A stretch of DNA of 64,000 nucleotides from an uncultured bacterium (lineage in GTDB: Bacteria; Zixibacteria; MSB-5A5; UBA10806): positions 64,001-128,000 of the forward strand of contig CBEUCH010000008.1 of the NCBI GenBank assembly GCA_965541585.1. The letters are read 5' to 3'. The position numbers were made by a program, and so were the translations under genes. The notes beneath the pieces were generated by a model that worked only from the letters and a program-made list of their open reading frames with translations, did not search any database and was not told the DNA's origin. Of the stretch, positions 1 through 9,221 are shown in pieces (within the stretch, counting starts at the first letter, position 1; the number at the start of each line of letters is the position of its first letter).

Positions 1-378
1 GAATTCGATATAAATATCGATTACGCCTGGAAAAAGCAGGAGATATTATCGGGTATCGATCTGAGATTCTCCGATTTTTCAATATCGGCCTCGATTAGAA
101 AATCGATTGCGCTGTCTGCGCTTAAGCCATATATAGGCGTCGGCGTGGGCCAGCACTGGGTGGCGTATTCGATTGAGCTCGGCGATCAGGTAATCGGTGT
201 AGTGTTACCGAAGGATGAAAGCAAAATCGGTTATCATTTTAAGGCTGGAGTCGATCTGGATTTTCCGGTGTTTCCTTTGACCCCGTACGGCGAATGGAGG
301 TATAATATCATCAAAACGGCGGGAGAATCGACGAAGTATACGGCCATACTGGTCGGCCTGACTCTGGATCTGCCGTAG
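1..378 (+). CDS. Outer-membrane beta-barrel protein (5'-truncated by window edge)
   Basis: Frame +1 is open from base 1 (EFDINIDYAW...LKPYIGVGVG...GYHFKAGVDL...). Alternating hydrophobic strands and a PYxGxGxG motif are typical of OmpA-like/porin-family barrels. Confidence 0.65.
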   Translation, partial: EFDINIDYAWKKQEILSGIDLRFSDFSISASIRKSIALSALKPYIGVGVGQHWVAYSIELGDQVIGVVLPKDESKIGYHFKAGVDLDFPVFPLTPYGEWRYNIIKTAGESTKYTAILVGLTLDLP

Positions 379-391
379 CGAGGAGGAGAAA

Positions 392-1012
392 TTGAATAGA
401 ATAGTAGTTTCATTATTATTGGTAGCGTCGGTGGCGTCCGGCGCGACGGCGCAATACGCTGCGCAATTGTCCACCGCCGGGACGGTGCTCAAAGGCAGCG
501 CCGCGGGCGGAGGTTTCGTCGGTATATATGATGGAGCGTTCGGGGTCTCAGGTCAATACCGATATGGCATCGGCGGATACTCCGATATTGGCGGCAAGTT
601 GGGGATCATAGATCTTGACTCTAATTCGGAAGAGGGCGACCTGGGTTTATTTATTGCAATCGATTCCAAATACCAGGTTATGGAAGTGCGGATTATGGAT
701 CCGATTGATCTGTCGCTTGGCGGCGCCCTTGAACTTGCCCTTTTCGACCACGCTAACAATTTTATCATCGGCGGATTTGTGGTGGGTTCCTATCCCGTCA
801 CCCTCAAGAATGGACGAGTCTTATCGCCTTACGGGCGATTGATAATGGGATTTAACAGGGCCGATTCGAGGTGGGCATCCGATACCGAATTCGATCTGGG
901 CCTCAATATGGGTGTTACCATGGAGCTATCGTCATCGACAAACGCTCTGGCTGAATTTCAGATTGACGATAATACAGCTGCATTTCTTATGGGTCTCGAA
1001 TTCGGGCTGTAA
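392..1012 (+). CDS. Secreted outer-membrane beta-barrel protein
   Basis: Signal peptide (MNRIVVSLLLVASVASGATA), amphipathic beta strands, C-terminal GLEFGL; GAGGAG SD upstream. Confidence 0.65.
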   Translation: MNRIVVSLLLVASVASGATAQYAAQLSTAGTVLKGSAAGGGFVGIYDGAFGVSGQYRYGIGGYSDIGGKLGIIDLDSNSEEGDLGLFIAIDSKYQVMEVRIMDPIDLSLGGALELALFDHANNFIIGGFVVGSYPVTLKNGRVLSPYGRLIMGFNRADSRWASDTEFDLGLNMGVTMELSSSTNALAEFQIDDNTAAFLMGLEFGL

Positions 1013-1015
1013 TAC

Positions 1016-1816
1016 TTGGGCTTAGTCGAGAGCACAGTCCTTGGCCTGATTCAGGGGCTGACAGAATTTCTGCCCATTTCCTCGTCAGGGCACCTCGTAA
1101 TTTTCGAAAAACTTTTCCATATAGAAGCGGATGATCTCGTTTTCGAGATTTTTGTCCATCTGGGAACCCTGATGGCCGTGTTGTTTTACTTCAAAGAGAG
1201 AATATTCGCTATTTCAGGTTCCATTGCCAGATCGTTTTTTCCTACCCGAAAACTGGAAAGCGATAAAGCCAACATGAGACTTTTTTGGTATCTGATCCTG
1301 GGAACCGTCCCGGCCGGCCTTATAGGTCTTTTATTTGAGGATTATATTGAGCTGGCGTTCGCATCACCGCGATGGTCGTCGGGCATGCTGCTGGTCACAG
1401 CTGCGATTCTCCTCTCCACGAGATGGGCGGCGGGGGAAGATCGCAAATTAGACACGCGCCGGACCATAATAATTGGAATTGCCCAGGCCCTTGCCATCAT
1501 GCCGGGCATATCGCGATCGGGAAGCACCATCTCCGCCGGAATGTTCTTGAGAATGAAAAAGTCCGAGGCTGCCGAATTTTCATTTTTACTTTCAATTCCG
1601 GCCATAGCCGGAGCTACTATTCTGCAGATTCCGCAATTCGCCAGAGATATTACAAACGCCGATCTTATGATTAATTATTTTGTTGGAGCTGTCACGGCGG
1701 CAATTATCGGCTATATATCCATTACCTATCTGATGAAAATCTTAAAGAAAGGTAAATTCTTCTATTTCGGTTTGTATTGCGCCGTGGTTGGTTTTTTGGG
1801 TATCTTGCTTCTGTGA
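1016..1816 (+). CDS. uppP: Undecaprenyl-diphosphate phosphatase (BacA/UppP)
   Basis: QGLTEFLPISSSGHL and PGISRSGST signature motifs; multi-pass membrane protein. Confidence 0.97.
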   Translation: MGLVESTVLGLIQGLTEFLPISSSGHLVIFEKLFHIEADDLVFEIFVHLGTLMAVLFYFKERIFAISGSIARSFFPTRKLESDKANMRLFWYLILGTVPAGLIGLLFEDYIELAFASPRWSSGMLLVTAAILLSTRWAAGEDRKLDTRRTIIIGIAQALAIMPGISRSGSTISAGMFLRMKKSEAAEFSFLLSIPAIAGATILQIPQFARDITNADLMINYFVGAVTAAIIGYISITYLMKILKKGKFFYFGLYCAVVGFLGILLL

Positions 1817-2817
1817 ATCCCCCGAAAAAAATCCTGATTTTTCGCAAAAGCTCCCTGGGTGACGTAATCATGACTCTGCCAGTAGTCCGGGCGTTAAAAG
1901 ACCATTTTCCCGGGGCGCAGATTGATTATTTGACCAGATCGCAGTATGCTCCGATAGTCGAATATAACCTCGCCATCGATAATGTGATAACCTTCCACGA
2001 CAACTCATCCTTTATAAGAACAGCACGAGGCTTGCGTCCTGAAAAGTATGATCTTCTAATCGATTTGCAGGCGAATTTTCAATCACTTATTATTGCCGCT
2101 TCATTGTTTCCGGTACGCGCCATGAGCTATAAGAAACGTCGTCTTGCCAGAGAGTTGATTGTCAGGCGTCCGCAGCAGAAATTGAGAGTGGATCATACAA
2201 TAGACGCCTATTTCGGAACCCTTCGCCGTCTGGGTATTGATATTCAGCCGTCGCCCCCGGCCATGACCATTCCGGCAGAGCTAATCGAATACGCCGATAG
2301 CTTTATTTCAAAAATGTTGCCCTCTGATTGCAAGATGATAGTGGCACTCTGCCCGGGTGCCAGGTATTACGAAAAAAGATGGCCGTATGACAATTTTCGC
2401 GGTGTGGCGGAGCGTTTGCTGGATGATCCTGCCATCGGCATTCTCGTAATCTCGTCGGGAAGCGACGATCTCCCGGCGGGCCTCGAATTGAATCACCATA
2501 GGGTGGTGCCAGTTAGAGATTTCGAGATTCTCAAGGTGGGGGCATTGCTTTCAAGATGCCGGGTGGCGGTCACCAACGACTCGGGGATCATGCACCTGTC
2601 CTGTGCCTCCGGAACCCCGGTACTGGCCCTTTTCGGCCCCACCAGCCCACGCCTGGGATTCTCCCCGACGCTGGCCGGTTCGAAGGTTTTATGCGATGAT
2701 GTCTTCTGCTGTCCCTGCAGCGTTCACGGAAAAAAAAGATGCCGTCAGGCGGAAAAATATTGCTTCAAGGAAATCACGCTGGAGAGGGTTTATAGCGAAT
2801 TGCAGGAGATGATCTGA
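1813..2817 (+). CDS. Glycosyltransferase family 9 (LPS heptosyltransferase-like)
   Basis: ILIFRKSSLGDVI, KRWP, TNDSGIMHL, LFGPT motifs. The GTG start at 1813 overlaps the uppP stop. Confidence 0.9.
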   Translation: MNPPKKILIFRKSSLGDVIMTLPVVRALKDHFPGAQIDYLTRSQYAPIVEYNLAIDNVITFHDNSSFIRTARGLRPEKYDLLIDLQANFQSLIIAASLFPVRAMSYKKRRLARELIVRRPQQKLRVDHTIDAYFGTLRRLGIDIQPSPPAMTIPAELIEYADSFISKMLPSDCKMIVALCPGARYYEKRWPYDNFRGVAERLLDDPAIGILVISSGSDDLPAGLELNHHRVVPVRDFEILKVGALLSRCRVAVTNDSGIMHLSCASGTPVLALFGPTSPRLGFSPTLAGSKVLCDDVFCCPCSVHGKKRCRQAEKYCFKEITLERVYSELQEMI

Positions 2818-2923
2818 GTTCCCTCCTCGTTTGAAGTCGCTTAAGGCCATCTATCCAGGCTCTTTAGCCTTCATATCATATACGAATTGCGTTTTCGGTG
2901 TCATGACAATATCTTACTCTTCT

Positions 2924-3916
2924 ATGGAGAATATCGAAGCCAGATACTATGATAAGCTGGAAGAGAGTAAAACCAGATGCCGGCTCTGCCCGGCCAATTG
3001 TATTATCAGACCTTCGAAGCAGGGGATATGCATGGTCCGCGGCAACATCGACGGTACTCTTTACGCTTCGGAATACGGTAAGACGGTGGCTTTTAATATC
3101 GACCCCATTGAAAAGAAGCCACTCTATCATTTCATGCCCGGCAAAGACATACTCTCCATTGGTCCTAATGGGTGCAATTTCTCATGCGCCTTCTGTCAGA
3201 ACTGGAGTATATCGCAGGAGAAAAGCCATACCAAATATATCTCGCCCTCGGAATTGGTCAAACTCGCAGGCAAAGACGGGTCGATCGGCGTGGCATATAC
3301 GTATACAGAGCCTCTGGTATGGTTTGAATACGTTTACGACTCCGCAAAGCTTCTGAAGGAGGCCGGATTTTGCACGGTTATCGTCTCCAATGGATACATC
3401 AACGAGGAACCGGCCAGAGAGCTTTTCAAATATATCGATGCGGCGAATTTCGACCTGAAGTCGATCCGGCCCGATTTTTATAGAAAGCTGTGTAAAGGCA
3501 AGCTGGATGACGTCCAGAGGACAATCGGAATGGCGGCGGAAATGGGCCTTCATGTGGAGATCACGAATCTTCTGATTCCCGGAAAGAACGATTCCGACGA
3601 TGATATCAGGGGGCTTATCGATTGGATTTACGATTTCAATCCATCGACGGTTTTGCATATTTCCCGATATTTTCCCCATTATAAAATGGATACGCCTTCC
3701 ACAGCGTCGGAACGAGTTGCCTTTGCCTACGAGGCCGCGAAAGCTAAATTGAAATATGTTTATACAGGTAATATAACGGGTGTCGGCGATCCCGATACAA
3801 TCTGCTCGTCATGCAAAGCCACCTTGATCGAGCGAGACTTCTACAATGTCAGGGTTATCGGCCTGGATGGCCGTAAGTGCTCGAAATGTGGCGCCGATAC
3901 CGATATTGTGGTATGA
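2924..3916 (+). CDS. amrS: AmmeMemoRadiSam-system radical SAM enzyme
   Basis: N-terminal CxLCPxxC, DPIEKKPLYHF, CNFSCAFCQNW (CxxxCxxC), AYTYTEP, C-terminal CxxC pairs. Start chosen at ATG 2924. Confidence 0.9.
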   Translation: MENIEARYYDKLEESKTRCRLCPANCIIRPSKQGICMVRGNIDGTLYASEYGKTVAFNIDPIEKKPLYHFMPGKDILSIGPNGCNFSCAFCQNWSISQEKSHTKYISPSELVKLAGKDGSIGVAYTYTEPLVWFEYVYDSAKLLKEAGFCTVIVSNGYINEEPARELFKYIDAANFDLKSIRPDFYRKLCKGKLDDVQRTIGMAAEMGLHVEITNLLIPGKNDSDDDIRGLIDWIYDFNPSTVLHISRYFPHYKMDTPSTASERVAFAYEAAKAKLKYVYTGNITGVGDPDTICSSCKATLIERDFYNVRVIGLDGRKCSKCGADTDIVV

Positions 3917-3934
3917 ACTAAAAGAGGGGAAAAG

Positions 3935-5149
3935 ATGCGGGTTAAAAGCGATTTATCAGCGTGGAGGATGTCGAAAAGGGGAACTGAAGTCCAGGCCTCA
4001 CCTATAAGAAAGCTTGTGCCGTATGCGGAGGAGGCAAAGAAGAGAGGCGTCAGCGTATATCATCTGAACATAGGCCAGCCTGATATAGAAACACCCCCGG
4101 AATTCTGGGATGCCATCAAGGACTATCCGCAAAAGGTCCTGGCCTACGGACATTCCCAGGGTCTGTCTTCGTATTTAGCGGCGCTTTCCGGATACTATAT
4201 GCGATACGGACTCGATATCCAACCCGATCATATTGTTATTACAACCGGTGGCTCGGAAGCATTGGTATTCGCTTTTCTGCTGGTAGCGGAGCCGGGTGAG
4301 AAAATCCTCGTATTCGAGCCGTTCTATACCAACTATAATGGCTTTGCTACCATGGCCGGGGTGGAGCTGGTGCCGCTGGAGACGAAAGCTGAAAATGGAT
4401 TCCACCTGCCGCCCCGTGATATCATTGAAAAGAAAATCGATTCCGACGTGCGAGGCATAATAATCTGCAGCCCGAATAATCCGACCGGGACTCTGTTTAC
4501 CAGGGCAGAGATCGAAATGGTTGCGGAAATCGCCCGGGAGCGCGGATTATACGTGCTATCCGATGAGGTCTACAGGGAATTGGTCTATGAGGGAGAGCAT
4601 ACCTCGATTTTTGATATTCCCGACGTTGATGAATTTGCCATTATGCTGGACTCCATAAGCAAACGGTTTTCAGCCTGCGGTGCGCGAATAGGCAACCTCG
4701 TAACTAAAAACAAAAAATTGCATGAGGCAGCGGTCAAATTCGGACAAGCCCGCTTGTGCTCACCCACCCTCGAGCAGGTCGGCGCAGAGGCAGCCCTGAG
4801 GCTCGGGCCGGAATATTTCGAGAACTTAATGGCGGAGTATAAGAGGAGAAGGGACGTGGTTTATGAAGGGCTGATGCAGATCGAAGGTACAGTCTGCCTG
4901 AAACCGGCGGGAGCGTTTTATGCGATGGCGAAACTCCCTGTCTCCGATGCGGAAGAGTTTGCGAAATTTATGCTGACCGAATTCTCTATCGATAATAAAA
5001 CTGTGATGGTTGCCCCCGGGCCCGGTTTCTACGCTACATCCGGCAGGGGGGTGGATGAGTGTCGCATCGCTTATGTACTGAATATAAAATCTCTTAAAGA
5101 TGCTATGAGAATTCTGAAATTGGGCGTGGAGGCTTTCAACACCAGATGA
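3935..5149 (+). CDS. PLP-dependent aminotransferase class I/II (aspartate aminotransferase-like)
   Basis: LNIGQPD, GGSEAL, SPNNPTG, SDEVY, SISKRFSACGARIG (PLP lysine). Confidence 0.93.
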   Translation: MRVKSDLSAWRMSKRGTEVQASPIRKLVPYAEEAKKRGVSVYHLNIGQPDIETPPEFWDAIKDYPQKVLAYGHSQGLSSYLAALSGYYMRYGLDIQPDHIVITTGGSEALVFAFLLVAEPGEKILVFEPFYTNYNGFATMAGVELVPLETKAENGFHLPPRDIIEKKIDSDVRGIIICSPNNPTGTLFTRAEIEMVAEIARERGLYVLSDEVYRELVYEGEHTSIFDIPDVDEFAIMLDSISKRFSACGARIGNLVTKNKKLHEAAVKFGQARLCSPTLEQVGAEAALRLGPEYFENLMAEYKRRRDVVYEGLMQIEGTVCLKPAGAFYAMAKLPVSDAEEFAKFMLTEFSIDNKTVMVAPGPGFYATSGRGVDECRIAYVLNIKSLKDAMRILKLGVEAFNTR

Positions 5150-6102
5150 GGAAATGCTACGGCGGCATAGATCTCGGCGGGACTTTTATCAAGGCCGGTC
5201 TTTTATCGCTCGACGGTCGACCCATAGCCAGATTTAAGATTCCCACGGAGGTCGATTCGGGGGTGGCCGCGGTCGAGGCTAACCTGCTGCAAGCGGGCCG
5301 GAGGCTTTGCCGTCTGGCCAGCAAGCGTAAATTGCAGCTTGCCGGAATCGGTGTCGGTTCGCCGGGCACGGTTAAGTACCCTGAGGGCATAATAACCGGA
5401 TCGTCTCCGAATATCCCCGGCTGGGTGGGAACCAATATACGAAATCTCTTTTCGGGATTTCCTGTACCTGTCAGCGGCGATAATGACGCTAACTGCATGG
5501 GCCTTGCGGAATCGATGTTCGGTGCGGGCAAAGGTACGGATTCGGGATTTTATTTGACTATAGGCACCGGCATAGGCGGGGCCCTGGTAGTTGATGGCTC
5601 GCTGGTCAGGGGAGCCAGTTTCGCCGCCGGGGAATATGGGCATACTATTTTTAAATACGGCGGGATCAAATATAAGACGGGACAGCGCGGGCCACTGGAG
5701 GCCTATGTCGCCGCCCCGGCTTTGATCAGGCAGACAAAAAAAGCTGTCAGGAGAAGAAAAAATTCCATCCTCAGGAAAAAACTCGATTCCCTCACTCCCG
5801 AAGACATCTTCGAAGCCTTCAAGTCCGGTGACAGGGCCGCTGTCGAATCGGTATCGGGGAATGCAGAGATGATAGGAATAGCCATTGGATCGGTAGTCAA
5901 CTTGCTCAACCCCGAGGTCGTCGTCATCGGCGGCGGCATATCAAAGGGCGGCACTAAATATATAGAGCTAATCCGGAAAGCAGTGAAATCGTTTGCTTTC
6001 GATTCGGCAACTTCGAGTCTGAAAATAAAAGTTGCCAGGTTCGGTAATGATGCCGGATGGATCGGCGCCGCCTGCCTTTATATGCTGGAAGACGGCGATT
6101 GA
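5146..6102 (+). CDS. ROK family sugar kinase
   Basis: GIDLGGT, GVGSPG, DNDAN, TIGTGIGG, AGEYGH motifs. Confidence 0.9.
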   Translation: MRKCYGGIDLGGTFIKAGLLSLDGRPIARFKIPTEVDSGVAAVEANLLQAGRRLCRLASKRKLQLAGIGVGSPGTVKYPEGIITGSSPNIPGWVGTNIRNLFSGFPVPVSGDNDANCMGLAESMFGAGKGTDSGFYLTIGTGIGGALVVDGSLVRGASFAAGEYGHTIFKYGGIKYKTGQRGPLEAYVAAPALIRQTKKAVRRRKNSILRKKLDSLTPEDIFEAFKSGDRAAVESVSGNAEMIGIAIGSVVNLLNPEVVVIGGGISKGGTKYIELIRKAVKSFAFDSATSSLKIKVARFGNDAGWIGAACLYMLEDGD

Positions 6103-7475
6103 AGCGGCCAGGCGGCGAAAAATGGTGGATCTTATCGGTGGCGGCCGCCGGTGTGCTCCTGGCCACCATCGATGCTTCTATCGTTAATATCGCTCTGCCT
6201 ACAATCAGCGACTATTTTCAAACATCGGTTCAAACCACCGCCTGGGTTACCATCAGCTATCTTCTCGTAGTCACCGCATTCCTTCTGGTCTTCGGCCGGC
6301 TTTCGGATGTATACGGGCAGAAGCTGGTTTTCATTTCAGGTATGATCGTCTTTACGATCGGCTCAGGACTCTGCGTCCTGTCGGCCAGTATAGGGCAACT
6401 GATCGCTTTTCGTGCCTTCCAGGGACTCGGCGCGGCTATGATCATGTCGAACACGCCCGCAATAGTAACCAACGCCTTTCCTGCTGAGCAAAGGGGCACC
6501 GGGCTGGGCGCTATCGGTTCGGTGGTCTCGGTTGGTCTTATGCTCGGCCCTCCTCTGGGGGGAATGCTGATCCATTATTTTGGATGGCATTACATTTTTG
6601 CGGTCAATCTGCCGGTTGGTATATTGGGTACCATCTTTTCACTGAAAATACTAAAAGAACATCGGGCCGATTCATCAGGCAAGCCATTTCATCCGATCGA
6701 TCCTATTCTCTGGATCTTGAGCGTAACCTCTTTTGTATTGATTTTCGGTATAGGCGGGAATTCGGGGCTCGATTACGGTCGGACGACTATCTATCTGGTT
6801 ATAACGGTCGCTCTGGTTATTCTGTTTTTAAAAAGGCAATGGAGAAGTGAGCAGCCGCTTTTAGATCCTGTTCTACTAAAAAACAGAATATTCATGCTGT
6901 CATCGGGCGCTGGCTTTTTCTCATATATGGGAATAATAGGTCTCAGTTTTATGCTGCCTTTCTTCCTGGAGAAGTCTGTCGGGATGTCGCCTCTGCAGAC
7001 AGGCAAAGTTTTGATGGCAATACCGGCTACGACCGTGTTCATTTCCCCTCTGGCAGGTTATCTTTCGGATAAACTCGGTCAGCGCCCGATATCCACCGTC
7101 GGGCTATTCGTTTCCACGATATCAATGTTGTTTATGTCAACGTTGACCAACGATTCCTCCACCTTGCGCCTGGTGGCAAATCTCATTGGTCTGGGCTTGG
7201 GACTGGGGTTGTTCGGATCTCCCAATAATTCAGCTTTAATGGGATCTGTCGATCATAAGAATAGGGGCTCGGCCGGGGGCATCCTGGCTACGGTTAGAAA
7301 CCTGGGAATGGTTTCCGGAATCAGTATCGTAAGCCTCGTTTTCAATTCGGCCCTTGGGAGGCAACTGGTCGGTGATACGTTAAAGTACTCTGTTGCCTTT
7401 AAGGCGGCTTTGCCGGTCGCGGTAGCGTTCTCGGTTGCGGCGATAATTTTGTCCGGTTTGAGGAGGTCGGTCTGA
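6099..7475 (+). CDS. MFS transporter, DHA2 (EmrB/QacA-like) family
   Basis: DASIVNIALPTI, FGRLSDVYG, RAFQGLG, GPPLGG motifs; many TM segments. TTG start overlaps the upstream stop. Confidence 0.9.
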   Translation: MKRPGGEKWWILSVAAAGVLLATIDASIVNIALPTISDYFQTSVQTTAWVTISYLLVVTAFLLVFGRLSDVYGQKLVFISGMIVFTIGSGLCVLSASIGQLIAFRAFQGLGAAMIMSNTPAIVTNAFPAEQRGTGLGAIGSVVSVGLMLGPPLGGMLIHYFGWHYIFAVNLPVGILGTIFSLKILKEHRADSSGKPFHPIDPILWILSVTSFVLIFGIGGNSGLDYGRTTIYLVITVALVILFLKRQWRSEQPLLDPVLLKNRIFMLSSGAGFFSYMGIIGLSFMLPFFLEKSVGMSPLQTGKVLMAIPATTVFISPLAGYLSDKLGQRPISTVGLFVSTISMLFMSTLTNDSSTLRLVANLIGLGLGLGLFGSPNNSALMGSVDHKNRGSAGGILATVRNLGMVSGISIVSLVFNSALGRQLVGDTLKYSVAFKAALPVAVAFSVAAIILSGLRRSV

Positions 7476-7654
7476 GAAGGAGACGCAAAAGGGAATTTAT
7501 CGGCGTGATATTTAGCTGCTGTAAAGTATATAAACGGATCTATTTGAACAGAAAGAAAGCTGCCTTTGTCGGATGGTGCCCGAAATGCGGGGCGTCAATG
7601 GAAGTGTTATTATCTCCGACCGGTTCAAAATCAAGATTTTTTGAGACGAGATGA
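7472..7654 (+). CDS. Small Cys-rich (CC...CPxC) protein missed by the ORF track
   Basis: GAGGAGG SD at 7460-7466, then a CTG start overlapping the MFS stop. Translation: (M)RRRRKREFIGVIFSCCKVYKRIYLNRKKAAFVGWCPKCGASMEVLLSPTGSKSRFFETR*. Confidence 0.65.
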   Translation: MRRRRKREFIGVIFSCCKVYKRIYLNRKKAAFVGWCPKCGASMEVLLSPTGSKSRFFETR

Positions 7655-7736
7655 TTAATTGGGTTGATTTTTCGAAAAGGTGAGTTATTTTAGTTTAGAT
7701 GGCGACTTGAGCGTTCTGTAGGAGGCCAGAGGAGAG

Positions 7737-8279
7737 ATGTACGAAAAGATCTATGTCGTTCCCCTTGATGAAAACAGCCGAGGGCATGCTGACTGGCTCG
7801 GCCAGACTCTTGCGAAGAAGATGAATTTTCGCCTGCAATCCGGCATCGTGTCCCGCTTGCCGGAGGAGGCCTATAATGCTCAGTCCAATCAATATTATGC
7901 CGTACCCATTCTCTCCAAACTGGAGCTTCTGAAGGGATCCGAGGACGAAATCATCCTGGCGGTTACCGAGGAGGACCTCTATCTACCGAACCAGAATTTT
8001 GTATTCGGCCAGGCTAATTCGGTCGGCCGCACGGCCATTGTCTCATCCGTCAGGTTGAAACCGGAATATCACGGGCTGCCGGAGGACGAGAAGCTCACCA
8101 GAATACGGTTGTTCTCGGTGGCGCTCCATCAGATAGGCCATGTTCTGGGATTGAAGAACTGCGCCGAAGACTGTGTCATGAGGATCGCGTCAAATGTCAA
8201 CGAGCTCGATGCGCGGCCGGATACCTTCTGCCCCAACTGTTTTTTGAATTTGACCCTGCCAACTAAGGTCAAGATTTAG
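7737..8279 (+). CDS. Archaemetzincin (peptidase M54)-like protein with degenerate active site
   Basis: QYYA..IL, DLY....NFVFG, CVM, FCPNC match the family, but HEXXHXXGXXH reads HQIGHVLGLKN. Confidence 0.8.
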   Translation: MYEKIYVVPLDENSRGHADWLGQTLAKKMNFRLQSGIVSRLPEEAYNAQSNQYYAVPILSKLELLKGSEDEIILAVTEEDLYLPNQNFVFGQANSVGRTAIVSSVRLKPEYHGLPEDEKLTRIRLFSVALHQIGHVLGLKNCAEDCVMRIASNVNELDARPDTFCPNCFLNLTLPTKVKI

Positions 8280-8452
8280 AAGCTAAATATCAGCCCTCTC
8301 ATCTTAAGAATATAGACAATTCTCATTCCGGTAAATTGTCAGGCCCCGAATCCTCGCGAGACGAAAGAGAACCCCGGGATCTATTTGCGGTATAAGAGAG
8401 TCCTGAGCAGTCGCTTCTAAACTCTGTGTGCGGTTTCAGCTAAAGGATAGCA

Positions 8453-9073
8453 TTACATGGACGCCATCAGTGAATCGAATACAGCTTTTCCCTCCGGCCA
8501 TTTGACGGAAATCGAAAGAGCTCCGCGATGCTCATCCAGCTTAAAACCGGTGGCCTGATCGCCGGGATACTTCTCCCCAAGGATCGTTAAGAGTTCATCG
8601 CTAAATTTGCCCTTATCGCCGTGGCACTTCAGACAGGGAGCCTTCATCTTGATCACTTTCATGAACCGGAAGGACTTTTCCCCGTTCTCGTCGATCCAGG
8701 TGAAGTATTCATCTCCGGCGGTAGCCGGCCTGTTTTCGAGAATCTCGAGGCTCTCTGTTTCAAATTCATCCGGCGCATTATTCGGATTGCGGTAACTGGC
8801 GCTTACCCTCTTTACGGTCCATCCCGGCAGGCTTGAATAGCGGGCCGATATTTCCGGTGCCCTCTCCGCGCAGATCCTTATGGCTGCAATTTCTCCGGAG
8901 TCCTCGAGTACGGCATAAAGCTCGGTCTTTAATTCATCCATGAAACCACTTACCACATGCCTGGAGGCTTTAGCCAGTTCAGCGTCGGGTGCCGCTTTTT
9001 CTCCGCAGTTCATGATTGCCAATAGGAAAATGCAGGATATCAAAACGGTGAAAATACTGATAGGATTTCGCAT
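8453..9073 (-). CDS. DUF3365/Tll0287-like c-type cytochrome lipoprotein
   Basis: Lipoprotein-like signal ending in Cys; RNPxNAPD, CLKCH heme motif, YPGDQATGF..GxxRG. Confidence 0.85.
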   Translation of the reverse strand: MRNPISIFTVLISCIFLLAIMNCGEKAAPDAELAKASRHVVSGFMDELKTELYAVLEDSGEIAAIRICAERAPEISARYSSLPGWTVKRVSASYRNPNNAPDEFETESLEILENRPATAGDEYFTWIDENGEKSFRFMKVIKMKAPCLKCHGDKGKFSDELLTILGEKYPGDQATGFKLDEHRGALSISVKWPEGKAVFDSLMASM

Positions 9074-9161
9074 GAATCCACCTTTCATTTTCTGTATTAT
9101 AGAGTGGATAAGGATCTAAGCGCAAGGTAAATCGTCATCGGTTTTTGATAAAACAAAATAG

Positions 9162-9190
9162 TTGCACAAAAGTGCATTATGTGATAATAT
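9162..9190 (+). promoter_or_regulatory. Sigma70-like promoter overlapped by a palindromic LexA-type box TGCAC-AAAA-GTGCA (9163-9176)
   Basis: TTGCAC-N17-TAATAT. The perfect 5-4-5 palindrome over the -35 matches the TGCNC-N4-GTGCA LexA site described for Fibrobacter succinogenes and precedes a DNA-repair helicase. Confidence 0.65.
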
Positions 9191-9221
9191 GACATTTGAG
9201 AGGGTAGCGCGAGAAAAGGTT

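Noticed and set aside
8337..8420. Degenerate REP-like sequence between convergent genes
   Set aside because: The arms are too imperfect to define an element confidently.
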